NCBI GenBank assembly: GCA_025451235.1
Contig: JANWKT010000034.1
Coordinates: forward strand, 77,014-141,013
Direction: 5' to 3'
DNA length: 64,000 bases
From: Flavobacteriales bacterium
Lineage (GTDB): Bacteria > Bacteroidota > Bacteroidia > CAIKAF01
Shown here in pieces: positions 39,546 through 49,900 of this stretch. The notes beneath the pieces were generated by a model. That model ran no database searches, was not told where the DNA came from, and saw only the letters and a program-made list of their open reading frames with translations. Numbering within the stretch: the stretch's first letter is position 1; every line of letters starts with the position of its first letter. The position numbers were made by a program, and so were the translations under genes.

Positions 39546-40367
39546 TTATGAAAATGCAATAATCATTCCAACAATAGAAAAAAGAAGGGCGCAAAATCCT
39601 AAAATAAGTATGAGTTTCACCTTGATGCTTTTTTCATCTCTTAATGCCCTAAAACCCATAATGATCGAAGTAGCGGAAAACAATGCGGCAAAAATGCAAA
39701 TAATAAAACCGATGGTATATAAAGGAAGAATAAAAAAAGACAGCATAAAGCCAATAAGAGCCAGGCTAAGTGCTATGATACTTATAATAAATCCGGCAGA
39801 TATATATTTTTTTGTTACGGGTTTATGTTCTTTAATAGGTTTATTGGGTTTAGGAGCAAAAGTATCACCGTTCTTCAGCAAAATATTCAATACATTATCC
39901 AATGAAAGATAATAAATGGGGCCCTCGGGCTCACCACATTTCCTGTACTTCACTTCGGTTTCCGAAATCTCAACGATCAAGGCCTGGATCTGATAACCAT
40001 TGATCATCACAATAACATCGCATTCTGCCGGTGGTGGATCCGTTTCAACCTTGTGTTCATTTAAAAAAGAGGCGCGATCCTGGTAGCGTGTCTTTGGTTC
40101 AGAAGAAGAACTGGTGATCACAGGATCAGATGGATCAACGGAGTCGTGTGCAGGAATGCACTGGGATCCTTTTAAAATAACTACATTTTCGGATGGGAGT
40201 TCATTTCCGGTGGTATTTAGTTTTTGTATGGTGCGATTCTTCATTCGGTGATGAACAATATCCATATGGTAGCCAGGTCGGTATTTTCTTTTCTCAAAAC
40301 TAACAGAACAAGAACTCAGACCAACGACCAGGATCAAAAGAAATGCTCCTAAAATCAATCTGTTCAT
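39546..40367 (-). CDS. KRRYRPGY-family lipoprotein-like membrane protein (paralogue B3)
   Basis: LSS-C-SVSFEKRKYRPGYHMD; same central domain; three C-terminal TM helices. Start is 40367 or 40391. Confidence 0.8.
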   Translation of the reverse strand: MNRLILGAFLLILVVGLSSCSVSFEKRKYRPGYHMDIVHHRMKNRTIQKLNTTGNELPSENVVILKGSQCIPAHDSVDPSDPVITSSSSEPKTRYQDRASFLNEHKVETDPPPAECDVIVMINGYQIQALIVEISETEVKYRKCGEPEGPIYYLSLDNVLNILLKNGDTFAPKPNKPIKEHKPVTKKYISAGFIISIIALSLALIGFMLSFFILPLYTIGFIICIFAALFSATSIIMGFRALRDEKSIKVKLILILGFCALLFSIVGMIIAFS

Positions 40368-40413
40368 TTTATAAAATATTATTTCTCCCATTTTCTCTCA
40401 CTTATTCTATTAC

Positions 40414-41193
40414 TCAATTCTTTTTTGCAGGGGTGGTTACTCCCAGGATAATGCCTATAATTCCCAATACCACTCCAATTGCTAAAAGAATGATCCCAAT
40501 TAATAACAATAAAATACCGCCCCAGCCCCCTCCTATCGAAGACAGACATAAAGCCAGGCCAGCAGCCAACACAACAATGGCTATCCCTCCAAACACCCAT
40601 GCCATTGCTCCCCGTGTACGGCGACCCTTTTCATGTTCTGAAGGCTCATACATCATTCGGTATTCTTTGTAAGGATCAATCACGCTGCCGTTCTTGAGCT
40701 TAATATCCCTGATCCTGTTCAAAGTGATAGGTGTTGGCTCGGCTTGATTATCTCCACAGTTTTTATAGGTAAGGGTACCTCCCCTTATCTCAATACCAGT
40801 AGCACGAATGATTTTACCATTCACTAGCCTGATCTCATCACATTCCTCATCGAGGTGTTGTTGGGTGATATCAAGAGAAGATAATACCTGTTTGGGTTTT
40901 TTATTTTTTTTCTCCTCCTTAGAATGATTGGTTCTCTGCTCCTGCCATTCATCGTTCCTGATATCCAAATCGACATTGGCAGAATGTTCTATGGTGGAAA
41001 CGGCAAACGTTGAAATGGTATCTTTTCTATCCTTCCTGCGTTCTTTTTGTACATGATATTCGAAAGATCTTTTTTTACTCACCATCTCTATATGGTATCC
41101 CGGTCTATATCTCCTTTTGTCGAAGCTAATAGAACAACTCGACAGTAGCATCAAAGAAATGAGAAGTAGAATTAACTGGGTAGGGTTTTTCAT
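40414..41193 (-). CDS. KRRYRPGY-family lipoprotein-like membrane protein (paralogue B2)
   Basis: LSS-C-SISFDKRRYRPGYHIE; central domain; two Gly-rich C-terminal TM helices. Confidence 0.8.
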   Translation of the reverse strand: MKNPTQLILLLISLMLLSSCSISFDKRRYRPGYHIEMVSKKRSFEYHVQKERRKDRKDTISTFAVSTIEHSANVDLDIRNDEWQEQRTNHSKEEKKNKKPKQVLSSLDITQQHLDEECDEIRLVNGKIIRATGIEIRGGTLTYKNCGDNQAEPTPITLNRIRDIKLKNGSVIDPYKEYRMMYEPSEHEKGRRTRGAMAWVFGGIAIVVLAAGLALCLSSIGGGWGGILLLLIGIILLAIGVVLGIIGIILGVTTPAKKN

Positions 41194-41202
41194 GTTCAAT
41201 TT

Positions 41203-41610
41203 TTATTTTGTTCCGACAAATTCAAAATCCACTCCGGTACTGTCAAAATAACTACAACGCATATGGGTATACTCCACCATCGGTGTAACATTGGCACTAT
41301 AATACAAATTCGGATCGAAGGGGGTTTCCATATCCAGGGTAAGAAAGCTGGTGCCTCCATAAGCAAATCTGCCAATCGCCAGGTCCGTCATATAATAATC
41401 AGGATTCCCGCTTGAAGTAAAAAGGATGTCTACTTTATTTGCTCCGTTTTGAGTAATTGTGCATGTTCCATTCCCGGAATTAACCGGCAGGCTACCTCCT
41501 TCATAGGTGCCGGTGTATTCACCAATCACCATAGCAGGTGAAGTATCAAATTTACATCCAATAAGCAAAGGTGAAGTCAATAAAAGGATCAGCAGCGTCT
41601 TTTTCATCAT
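41203..41610 (-). CDS. 'CKFD' small lipoprotein (paralogue A2)
   Basis: LIG-C-KFD; 'G.Y.G.....G......TSSGNP'; ends 'FEFVGTK'. Confidence 0.8.
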   Translation of the reverse strand: MMKKTLLILLLTSPLLIGCKFDTSPAMVIGEYTGTYEGGSLPVNSGNGTCTITQNGANKVDILFTSSGNPDYYMTDLAIGRFAYGGTSFLTLDMETPFDPNLYYSANVTPMVEYTHMRCSYFDSTGVDFEFVGTK

Positions 41611-41711
41611 TTTAGTTTGGGTGCATTTGTAAATATAGATATTCTTAAAAACATAGCCATCAATTCTATTTAAAATATATAAGGTTGAGCCCCCCGGATC
41701 ATAAAGTCCAA

Positions 41712-42626
41712 TTATAAAAACACGATCATAATGGCCAAGGATGCCAATAATAATGCAATAAAACCCATTACAATCGCCAGAATAACTTTAACCGACTTTC
41801 CACTTCTCAATCCTGAAAAGCCCAATGAAAAACTGATGATGGATAAAAAAATGGTGGCAACCGCAATTCCAAATCCAATCCCTCCCATTGGGTTAGCCAA
41901 AAAACTAAAAACAAAAGCAATCAGGGCCAAGGATAATGAGATAATACTTAAAGCAAATCCGGCCTTACCTTTTCGTACCGGCCCCTCGTGGGGATTAATA
42001 TCCGGCAGATACCTATAGCCTGAATATCTGAGCAGCAAAGCAATGATCGCCATGATCAACGCTAGTCCTATGATAATAGCCCCTAAAATAATGTTCACTC
42101 CATACCAACCTCCTATTAAAGAGAACATCAAAATGCTCCCAATCAACAATGCAAAGGCCACACCCCCGGTGATCCAGGCCCAAACTCTTCTGCGTCTTTT
42201 ATTGTCGCCTAATGTTTCTTTGGGAGATGCACCCTGACCGACTTGGGTCGCTGATTTATTTTCTTGTTCTGGAGATATGGATCTTTCTTCCTTTTCATGT
42301 AGATCTATGCTGATATCCTCCCATTCAATATCCTCCGTATAAGTTTTTAGGACGGTCCTTGTTGCCGGGGTTGAATCTTTCAACTCTTCCTTGGTGGCGA
42401 TATCGGTGGGCTGCTCTGATTTCTGTTTTGTTTTCTCCATCCACTCATTATCTGGATTGTGTTTTACCTCATGATGCTTTGTTTTATTTACGTTTGGGCT
42501 TACCTGAACATAATACCCGGGCCGGTACCTTCTTTTTTCAACCTGTATCGAGCAAGAACATAACAATGCACAAAATGTCCAGCATACAAGTCGGATAAGC
42601 GAAATATTAAATAGTTGGTTCTTCAT
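41712..42626 (-). CDS. KRRYRPGY-family lipoprotein-like membrane protein (paralogue B1)
   Basis: LCS-C-SIQVEKRRYRPGYYVQ (start MKNQLF); charged linker; about five C-terminal TM helices. Confidence 0.8.
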   Translation of the reverse strand: MKNQLFNISLIRLVCWTFCALLCSCSIQVEKRRYRPGYYVQVSPNVNKTKHHEVKHNPDNEWMEKTKQKSEQPTDIATKEELKDSTPATRTVLKTYTEDIEWEDISIDLHEKEERSISPEQENKSATQVGQGASPKETLGDNKRRRRVWAWITGGVAFALLIGSILMFSLIGGWYGVNIILGAIIIGLALIMAIIALLLRYSGYRYLPDINPHEGPVRKGKAGFALSIISLSLALIAFVFSFLANPMGGIGFGIAVATIFLSIISFSLGFSGLRSGKSVKVILAIVMGFIALLLASLAIMIVFL

Positions 42627-42630
42627 GCTA

Positions 42631-43035
42631 TTATCTTTTACCATCAAATTCAAATGAGTAAATCGAATCTCCGTATGCACAATCTACCGTCCACTTTTTC
42701 CCTGAATAGGGATTAACCTCATATACATTGGCTGTAAAACTAATGTTAGAGGTAGATAATTCAATTTGAAACCAACTGATCCCAAAGCCATAATTCGCTC
42801 TTTTTACGGTAAGGCCATTCAGATAAAAGGTAGGGTTACCTGTTGAAGTAAGGACCATATTTAATTTACCATCGCCCGTTTCTGTAAATACCAGTTCACC
42901 ATCAGCATATGGAAAAGGTATGCCATTGGTGCTATAAAAATTACCATAATAGGTTCCTTCTGCAGTGTGGTCAAACTTACAACTGACAAAAAAGACAGAT
43001 GAGAAGAGTACAGTAACTATCAGAAAATTTTTCAT
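42631..43035 (-). CDS. 'CKFD' small lipoprotein (paralogue A1)
   Basis: FVS-C-KFD; 'GTYYG...TSTGNP'; ends 'FEFDGKR'. Start is 43035 or 43047. Confidence 0.8.
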   Translation of the reverse strand: MKNFLIVTVLFSSVFFVSCKFDHTAEGTYYGNFYSTNGIPFPYADGELVFTETGDGKLNMVLTSTGNPTFYLNGLTVKRANYGFGISWFQIELSTSNISFTANVYEVNPYSGKKWTVDCAYGDSIYSFEFDGKR

Positions 43036-43080
43036 AGAGACATTCATAATAATTCACCACAAAGATGTAGGGAATCTAGG

Positions 43081-43101
43081 GGTTAACCCTCGGGGTTAAC
43101 C
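43081..43101. other. Inverted repeat GGTTAACCC-tcg-GGGTTAACC between relA and the paralogue array
   Basis: Perfect 9-bp stem; each arm contains the palindrome GGTTAACC. Confidence 0.55.
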
Positions 43102-43161
43102 ATGAGAATAATCAATTGGTGCTGACGGAGACAGGATGATTGTTATGCTGCGATAACAATA

Positions 43162-45408
43162 TTACCCTTCATTCATGCGGTCTACAGAAATAATGCCTTC
43201 TACTTTTTTAAGCTTTTGGATCAGCTCATCCAAATGCCGGGTGTCCTGCACAAATAATGTAATTCTTCCTTCAAAGATCCCATCATCCGAATCAAAATAA
43301 ATGCTTCGCATATTTACTTTCATTTGTGTGGAGATCAGCTTGGTGATCTTATTCACAATCCCCACTTCATCAATCCCGGTTACTTTTATACCGGTTAAAA
43401 ATGCCAGATCATCGGCTCCGGTCCATTTTGCTTTTACCACCCGGTATGAGTAGTTACTCAGCAATTGTACCGCATTTGGACAAGTGATCTTGTGGATCTT
43501 AATACCTTCATTGATGGTTACAAAACCAAACACCTCATCACCCGGAATAGGATTACAACAGGGGGCTAGTTTATAATCCAGCTTCTGTAAATTATCCCCG
43601 ATCAATAACTCCCCTTCGCGTTTGTATTCCTTGATCAAGGTTTCGAAGTTATCCTTGGCATCTGAGGCTGTTTTTTTAGGTTTTCTTTTTAGCTTGGCCG
43701 CCAGATAGGAATACCAGCTTTTTTTGCTTTCCTCATTGTAAAAATCTTTCAGTTGCTGACTTGTAATCACACCCTTTCCAATTCTATAGAAGAAATCCAG
43801 GGAATCACCCACATTAAAATACTTGAGCAGCTTCGGCAAGTCCTCTTCCACATAATTCAATTTGAGTCTGCGGATCTTTCTTTCGAACACCTCTTTACCG
43901 TCTACTGCAATTTTTCTTTTTTCTTCTTTTAAAGCAGCTTTGATCCTGGACCTGGCTTTACTTGATTTTACGAAATTGAGCCAATCTTCTTTTGGAGTTT
44001 GTTTTTCGCTTGAAATAATTTCAAGTTGATCACCACTTTGTAATTTATAACTGAGTGGAACTAATTTATTATTCACTTTTGCACCCAGGCAATGGTCCCC
44101 TAGATCGCTATGAATTTCATAGGCAAAATCCAGGGCTGTGGAACCTACCGCCATTGTCCTCAATTCACCTTTAGGGGTAAATACGTAGATCTCATCCGTG
44201 TATAAATTCATTTTAAAGGCGTCGATAAAATCAACCGCCTCTCCTTCCTGATGTGCCTCCATGGTTTCACGAACCTTGGTGATCCAATCGTCCATGGCCG
44301 ATTCAACTGCATTGTTCTCTTTATATCTCCAATGTGCAGCCAATCCTCGCTCCGCCACATCATCCATCCTGGTTGATCGTAATTGTACTTCCACCCATTT
44401 ACCAGTTGGACTCATTACCGTTACGTGCAATGATTCATATCCATTTGCACGGGGAAATGAGATCCAATCCCGCAGTCGATCGGGTTTGGGTTGATACAAA
44501 TCGGTAACAATGGAATAAGCTCTCCAAATGTCGGCTTTTTCCACTTCCAGTGGAACATCCAGAATAATACGGATCGCAAAAATATCATAGATCTCTTCAA
44601 ACGGAACTCCTTTCTGATGTATCTTCTGATAGATAGAATAGATCGATTTGGTCCTTCCTTTTATCTGGTATTTATAACCTTGTTCGTTGAGTGCATTTTT
44701 AATAGGCAAAGTAAATCGGCTAACGAACCTTTCCCTAACACCGGTTGTTTTGGTCAGTTTCGTTACAATATCTTCGTATGCTTCGGGTTCAATATATTTC
44801 AAGCAAAGGTCCTCGAGCTCCGTTTTTATATTATACAATCCTAACCTATGGGCCAAGGGAGCATACATGAACATGGTCTCCGAAGCTATCTTCAATTGTT
44901 TTTCACGTTTCATATGCTCTAGTGTTCGCATATTATGAAGACGGTCGGCCAGCTTAATAAGTATTACCCTGATATCATCGGAAAGTGATAAAACAATTTT
45001 TCTGAAATTTTCTGCCTGTATTGATTTTGTATTGTCAAAAACACCAGCAATTTTGGTAAGTCCATCAATGATCAATCCGGCCTGGGGACCAAAGTATTTA
45101 GTAATTTCTTCCAGGGTGATATCGGTATCCTCCACCACATCATGCAACAATGCACATATCACCGAAGTGGGGTCCAGACCCATTTCGGATACTGCGATCA
45201 TGGCTACTGCAATAGGATGATAAATATAAGGCTCCCCACTTTTTCTGCGCATTTCCTTATGCGCATCCACAGCAATCTCGAATGCTTTGCGAATATGCTG
45301 AAGTTCTTCCTTATCGGTGGTAATTTTCTCAACAGCCCTCAACAACTCCTTGTACTTCTGAAGAAGTTCAATACGTTCGGCTTCCGCATTTGGACTATAT
45401 ACTTCCAT
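43162..45408 (-). CDS. relA: Bifunctional (p)ppGpp synthetase/hydrolase (long RSH)
   Basis: RKSGEPYI.HP, LLHDVVED (HD), KLADRLHNMRT, NGYESLH, EVQLRS, TGS 'FTPKG...DFAYEIH', CC.P, ACT domain. Confidence 0.95.
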   Translation of the reverse strand: MEVYSPNAEAERIELLQKYKELLRAVEKITTDKEELQHIRKAFEIAVDAHKEMRRKSGEPYIYHPIAVAMIAVSEMGLDPTSVICALLHDVVEDTDITLEEITKYFGPQAGLIIDGLTKIAGVFDNTKSIQAENFRKIVLSLSDDIRVILIKLADRLHNMRTLEHMKREKQLKIASETMFMYAPLAHRLGLYNIKTELEDLCLKYIEPEAYEDIVTKLTKTTGVRERFVSRFTLPIKNALNEQGYKYQIKGRTKSIYSIYQKIHQKGVPFEEIYDIFAIRIILDVPLEVEKADIWRAYSIVTDLYQPKPDRLRDWISFPRANGYESLHVTVMSPTGKWVEVQLRSTRMDDVAERGLAAHWRYKENNAVESAMDDWITKVRETMEAHQEGEAVDFIDAFKMNLYTDEIYVFTPKGELRTMAVGSTALDFAYEIHSDLGDHCLGAKVNNKLVPLSYKLQSGDQLEIISSEKQTPKEDWLNFVKSSKARSRIKAALKEEKRKIAVDGKEVFERKIRRLKLNYVEEDLPKLLKYFNVGDSLDFFYRIGKGVITSQQLKDFYNEESKKSWYSYLAAKLKRKPKKTASDAKDNFETLIKEYKREGELLIGDNLQKLDYKLAPCCNPIPGDEVFGFVTINEGIKIHKITCPNAVQLLSNYSYRVVKAKWTGADDLAFLTGIKVTGIDEVGIVNKITKLISTQMKVNMRSIYFDSDDGIFEGRITLFVQDTRHLDELIQKLKKVEGIISVDRMNEG

Positions 45409-45471
45409 TGCTCATGAGAATTTGCACACTAAATATAAGAAAAAAGTTTTGAAGGGATGAAGGTAGTGATG

Positions 45472-45552
45472 TATAGTGTCCTTTCTCACTTCCGGATAGT
45501 TTCCCGCTAACTAGAGAAAGGGGCACTATATCTTTTTTATGGGCTAAAGCCC
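45472..45552. other. Intergenic hairpin plus GGGCTAAAGCCC palindrome downstream of fahA
   Basis: TATAGTGTCCTTTCTC...GAGAAAGGGGCACTATA imperfect stem followed by a T-tract; GGGCTAAAGCCC at 45541-45552. Confidence 0.5.
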
Positions 45553-45572
45553 TTTCTTTGTTTACCGTTGAC

Positions 45573-46844
45573 TTAAGTCGACGGAATGATCTTTCCGGTT
45601 ACCTCGCCAAATCCAATTCTTATATCCCCTTTTTTACAACTGGCTTTCATGATCACTGTATCGCCATCCTGCAGAAATTTTCTTTCTGAGCCATCGTTGA
45701 GGGTAATGGGTTTGGTACCTCTCCAGGTAAGTTCGAGCATGCTGCCGTAGCTATTGGGTTTAGCACCGCTAATCGTTCCACTGGCACATATATCGCCTAT
45801 TCGCATGTTACAGCCACCAATGGTATGGTGAGCCAGTTGCTGATTAATATTCCAATACAAATATTTAGTATTCGATTCGCAAACCAATGTTGCCTCACCT
45901 TTATCTGATTTAATAAATACTTCGAGGTTGATATCGTAATTTTTGTTCCCTTCAAATTTTAAATAAGGCAATACAGGAGGATCCTGAACCGGACCTTCGC
46001 ATTTAAATGCTTGCAATGCATCCATGGTAACCACCCAGGGTGAAATGCTGGAAGCAAAATTCTTGCTTAAGAAGGGTCCCAGAGGAACATATTCCCAACT
46101 TTGAATATCTCTTGCACTCCAATCATTAAAAATAACCATCCCAAAAATATGTGATTCCGCCTCAGTAGTTGGTATCGAAGTTCCCATTTCATTTCCACGA
46201 CCAATAATAAATGCCATCTCCAATTCGAAATCCAGTAATTTGGAAGGACCGAAAACGGGTGTGTCTGCTCCTTCGGGCATGGTTTGTCCTTTGGGGCGTT
46301 GAATCGGTGTACCTGAAATAACAATGCTGGATGCCCGGCCATGATAACCTACCGGAAGATGCTTCCAATTAGGCAATAGGGCATCACCATTTGGACGGAA
46401 CATTTTACCCACATTGGTTGCGTGTTCCATACTTGAATAAAAATCGGTATAATCCCCAATTTGTAAAGGCAGGAGCATCTCAACCTCTATCATGGGCACC
46501 AATGCTTCCTTCAGGTCTTCCTTGTTCGCTCTTAGTTCGGTATTTTCTTCTCTCAATAGTTCAGAAATTCTGTTCCGGGTAAGATTCCAATAAGCTTTAC
46601 CTAAACCAATGAATTTATTCAATGACTTTGACTTAAAAACATTCTCATTCAAGAAAAGATTATCCAAATATCCTTTTCTGTATAAAAAGGCGAGATCCAG
46701 CACATGTTCTCCAATGGCTACTCCTATCCTGGGTTTTTTTGTGCCGTATTTAAAGATCCCATACGGAAGATTCTGAATGGGAAAATCACTGCCGGCTGGA
46801 ATATTCACCCAGCTTTTGAGATCTGGTGAAATCGTTTTATCCAT
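45573..46844 (-). CDS. fahA: Fumarylacetoacetase
   Basis: SDFPIQNLPYG, GDYTDFYSS..HA.NVG, GYHGRASS, LDFELE, NDWSARDIQ.WEYVPLGPF. Confidence 0.95.
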   Translation of the reverse strand: MDKTISPDLKSWVNIPAGSDFPIQNLPYGIFKYGTKKPRIGVAIGEHVLDLAFLYRKGYLDNLFLNENVFKSKSLNKFIGLGKAYWNLTRNRISELLREENTELRANKEDLKEALVPMIEVEMLLPLQIGDYTDFYSSMEHATNVGKMFRPNGDALLPNWKHLPVGYHGRASSIVISGTPIQRPKGQTMPEGADTPVFGPSKLLDFELEMAFIIGRGNEMGTSIPTTEAESHIFGMVIFNDWSARDIQSWEYVPLGPFLSKNFASSISPWVVTMDALQAFKCEGPVQDPPVLPYLKFEGNKNYDINLEVFIKSDKGEATLVCESNTKYLYWNINQQLAHHTIGGCNMRIGDICASGTISGAKPNSYGSMLELTWRGTKPITLNDGSERKFLQDGDTVIMKASCKKGDIRIGFGEVTGKIIPST

Positions 46845-46900
46845 GAGATCATTTTAAACTGAACTACAAACCTATTATTTTTTTCGGCATTTTTCAGAAA

Positions 46901-46937
46901 AAAAAAGCCGTCCCGGTTGAACCGGGACGGCTTTTTT
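46901..46937. terminator. Intrinsic terminator after secDF
   Basis: aaaaaa-GCCGTCCCGGTT-g-AACCGGGACGGC-tttttt. Confidence 0.9.
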
Positions 46938-46954
46938 CAATAACAACCTCTTAT

Positions 46955-49900
46955 TTATTTTTTTGCTCCTGGTAACAGGCTCTTATCCTTCTTCAAGTCA
47001 ACAACGATCGGAGTTGCTATGAAAATAGAAGAGTAAGTACCAATGAGGATACCGATCAGCATCGCAAATGCAAATCCTTTGATACCATCACCTCCAAAGA
47101 GGAAACTGATGATGATCACAAAGAATACGTTCAACGACGTGTTCAGGGTTCTACCCAAGGTACTGTTCAATGCTGAATTGATCAGTTCTTTCATATTTCC
47201 CTTTTTACCCTCACCTATATATTCCCTGATACGGTCGAAGATAATTACAGTATCGTTCATCGAATACCCCATAACGGTAAGTACCGCCGCAATAATGGCC
47301 TGGTCGATCTCCAAGGAGAACGGCAGGATACCATCAAAGATGGAGAATACCGCAAGTACGACGACAACGTCATGCACCAAGGCAACCAAGGCCCCCAATC
47401 CAAACTGCCATCCCTTGAATCGGAACAACACATATAGGAATATCATGAGCAATGAGAGTACAATCGCGTAAATGGATTTGAATTTTACATCACGGGCAAC
47501 CGTTGGACCTACCTTGTAGCTTTCCACCAATCCGTAGCTGTTGTCTTTATCCACAAAATCCTTCAATGTTGGTGGTGTCTCATAAAACGGAGCACAAGCT
47601 TCATACAACATTTTTTCAATACCTTTCTCTACGGTGGTATCATTTTTATCTACCATGTATTTGGTCATGATCTTGATCCGATCGGTAGAACCATAATATT
47701 TAACCACAGGGGCCGATCCGAATTTAACTTCTAAAGCAGACGCTATATCGGAAGTAGTAAACTTACTATTGTTATCAAAAACCACCGTATACGACCTACC
47801 ACCTTTCAAGTCAATACCCAGGTTAAACCCTTTGGTAAAGAAAGAGAAGATACCTATAACCGTAATGATGGCTGAAACAATAAAGAAGATCTTTCTTTTT
47901 CCAACGAAGTTGAACTTAGGACTGCGCATGAAATTCTCGGTCAGCTTGGTAGAGAACGTAATGTTCCAGTTTCTTTTTAACTGCCATTCGAAAATAAGGC
48001 GTGTAATAAAGATGGAAGAGAAAGTAGAAGTAAGGATACCTACAAATAATACTACCGCAAAACCTTTTACCGGTCCAGCTCCAAATATCATCAGAATAAG
48101 GGTAATGATACCCAATGTAATGTTGGCATCTATAATCGCTGAATATGCTTTTTTATATCCATCTTCGATGGCGATCTTCAAACGTTTTCCATTCCGTAAC
48201 TCCTCCTTCACCCTTTCGAATATCAATACGTTGGCATCAACCGACATACCAATGGTGAGTACCAAACCGGCTATACCAGGTAAGGTTAAAGTAGCACCCC
48301 AGGCCGCCAGAGATCCAATGAGGAAGAACATGTTGGTAAATAATGCGATATCGGCTGTTATTCCTGCTTTTCCATAGAAGAAGGCAATGTAGGCCAGGAT
48401 CACTATGAAGGCAATGAGCAATGAAAAAAGACCTGCCCTGATCGCTTTCTTTCCTAAAGAAGGTCCAACAATGGCTTGCTCCACAATGGTAGCGGGTGTT
48501 GGCAATTTACCTGCTTTTAAAACAGAAGCCAGGGTTTTTGCTTCATCACTGGTAAAGTTTCCGGTAATGGTTGAAATACCTCCTTTGATCTGTCCTTCTA
48601 CTGTAGGATATGAATATACTTTATCATCGAGTACGATGGCAATTGATCTTCCACGACCTCCGCCCTGAGGGGCGTTTCTGCGGGTAATTTCAGCCCATGC
48701 TTCAGCTCCATCCCCATTCATCTTCATGGTCACCATGAAACCTCCTTTGGTAGGGTCTTGGCTTTCTTCCGCATCAATAATTACATCCCCTTCTAATGCC
48801 GGCTTACCTCTGAGTGTTCTCAGCGCTACTAACCCAAAGTCCTGTGCATTTTCGTTCAATGATTTTTTGGTCCAGAGAAGTTTGAGATCTTTTGGTAACA
48901 ATTTTACCACATCCGGCATTCTCAAATATTTATTTACCAAAGCTGTATCGCTGGATCTTGAGATACCAACCAATGGTCCTGGAGCTAAATAATCTTTTTG
49001 GTCTTCACCTGTATAGGAAACATATTGCATCCTGGCCCATAGCGGATGGAGTTTTTCCTGCTCCGCCATATTCATACCCATCATATCGGTAGAATCCCTC
49101 TTAAGTGAATCCGGCTTTAGACTATCTGCTTTAAGGCTGTCTCCGGGATTTAATGTTAGCTGAAGAGAATCTCCACCAACAGAATCTGTTTCCAATGTAT
49201 CACTACCACCCACGATATCAATTTTTGCCAGGTATTTGTCTACATTATCGAGGAATTTATATGCTTCTGCATTTTCGTATGTCTCGTAGAACTCCAATTT
49301 GGCAGTAGCCTGCAATAGCTCCTGCACACGTGTAGGATCTTTTACACCGGGAAGTTCCACCAGGATCCGGTTGGTACCTTCCAACAATTGTATATTGGGC
49401 TGGGTTACCCCAAACTGGTCAATACGGGCATTCAATACTTCGTATGTACGGAAGATCGCATCCTTGGCTTCTTTTTTCAGGATCTCGATCACTTCCTCAT
49501 TCTTCATACTTTGTTTGATGAGGCTTTGCTCTTTATGACCAAAGATGCCAGGACTGGATAATTTTCCGTTGGGTCGCAGTATCAGGAACTCCTGTACAAA
49601 CAGGTCAACATAATTTTTCTGAGTAGAACTCTGTAATTCTGTTGCTCTTACCAATGCTTGTGTGAATGCACTATCGGTACTGTTATTGGCCATTGCCTTT
49701 AACAGGTCGGGAATAGAAACCTCCAGGGTTACGTTCATCCCACCTTTCAGGTCAAGTCCCAGGTTAATTTCCCTTTTCTTACATTCATCGTAGGTGTATT
49801 TTACTATACCCAGGTTGAATACAACTTTACCTTTCATTGAATCGAGCATGGCTTGCTCCAATTGAAGGCTGTCTCCCGCCTCTGCACGTACTTTACTCTC

